DNA of 15,221 bases, taken from contig JBBTED010000149.1 in assembly GCA_038042445.1 (NCBI GenBank), positions 1-15,221 of the forward strand. Direction: 5' to 3'. Source of the stretch: Candidatus Firestoneibacteriota bacterium (GTDB taxonomy: Bacteria; Oederibacteriota; D2-FULL-39-29; JBBTED01). A model generated the notes under the pieces. It was not told the DNA's origin. It ran no database searches and worked only from the letters and a program-made list of their open reading frames with translations. Position numbers and translations under genes: made by a program. Below are positions 15,164 through 15,221 of the stretch, piece by piece; position 1 is the first letter of the stretch, and every line of letters begins with the position of its first letter.

Positions 15164-15221
15164 TGTCGCCCTGAACTTGTTTCAGGGTCTAATGAGATGC
15201 CGAAACAAGTTCGGCATGACA
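15164..15221. repeat. REP-like doublet at the window end
   Basis: TGTCGCCCTGAACTTGTTTCAGGGTCT-AATG-AGATGCCGAAACAAGTTCGGCATGACA: two inverted hairpins of the same family as 17-43. Confidence 0.82.

Noticed and set aside
4813..15221. Palindromic repeats as a CRISPR array
   Set aside because: They are dispersed inverted doublets rather than regularly spaced direct repeats, and no cas genes are present.

Overview
AT-rich window from a bacterium that is probably an anaerobe with an outer membrane, split into two divergent blocks. The minus-strand block (6746 down to 59) encodes a cysteine desulfurase, a stand-alone CoaC whose stop codon lies inside a tRNA-Lys(CTT) gene, and a four-gene Ni-CO dehydrogenase operon (cooS, cooF, nuoE/hydC-like, nuoF/hydB-like) whose flavoprotein looks electron-bifurcating. 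The plus-strand block (6878-15113) encodes an FN3 lipoprotein, two probable outer-membrane beta-barrels, two exported TPR proteins, a stand-alone PqqD/RRE protein, an ATP-grasp ligase and an atypical group IV PLP decarboxylase. The best candidate for an undescribed system is the RRE + ATP-grasp + decarboxylase module. No precursor peptide is visible, but the decarboxylase carries a lasso-leader-like YxxPxI motif in an N-terminal extension, and it lacks the acidic residue that binds the distal amine in DAP/ornithine decarboxylases. Most larger intergenic spaces hold REP/REPIN or MITE-like palindromes, including a three-layer nested element. All calls are from reading motifs by eye; no database searches were run.
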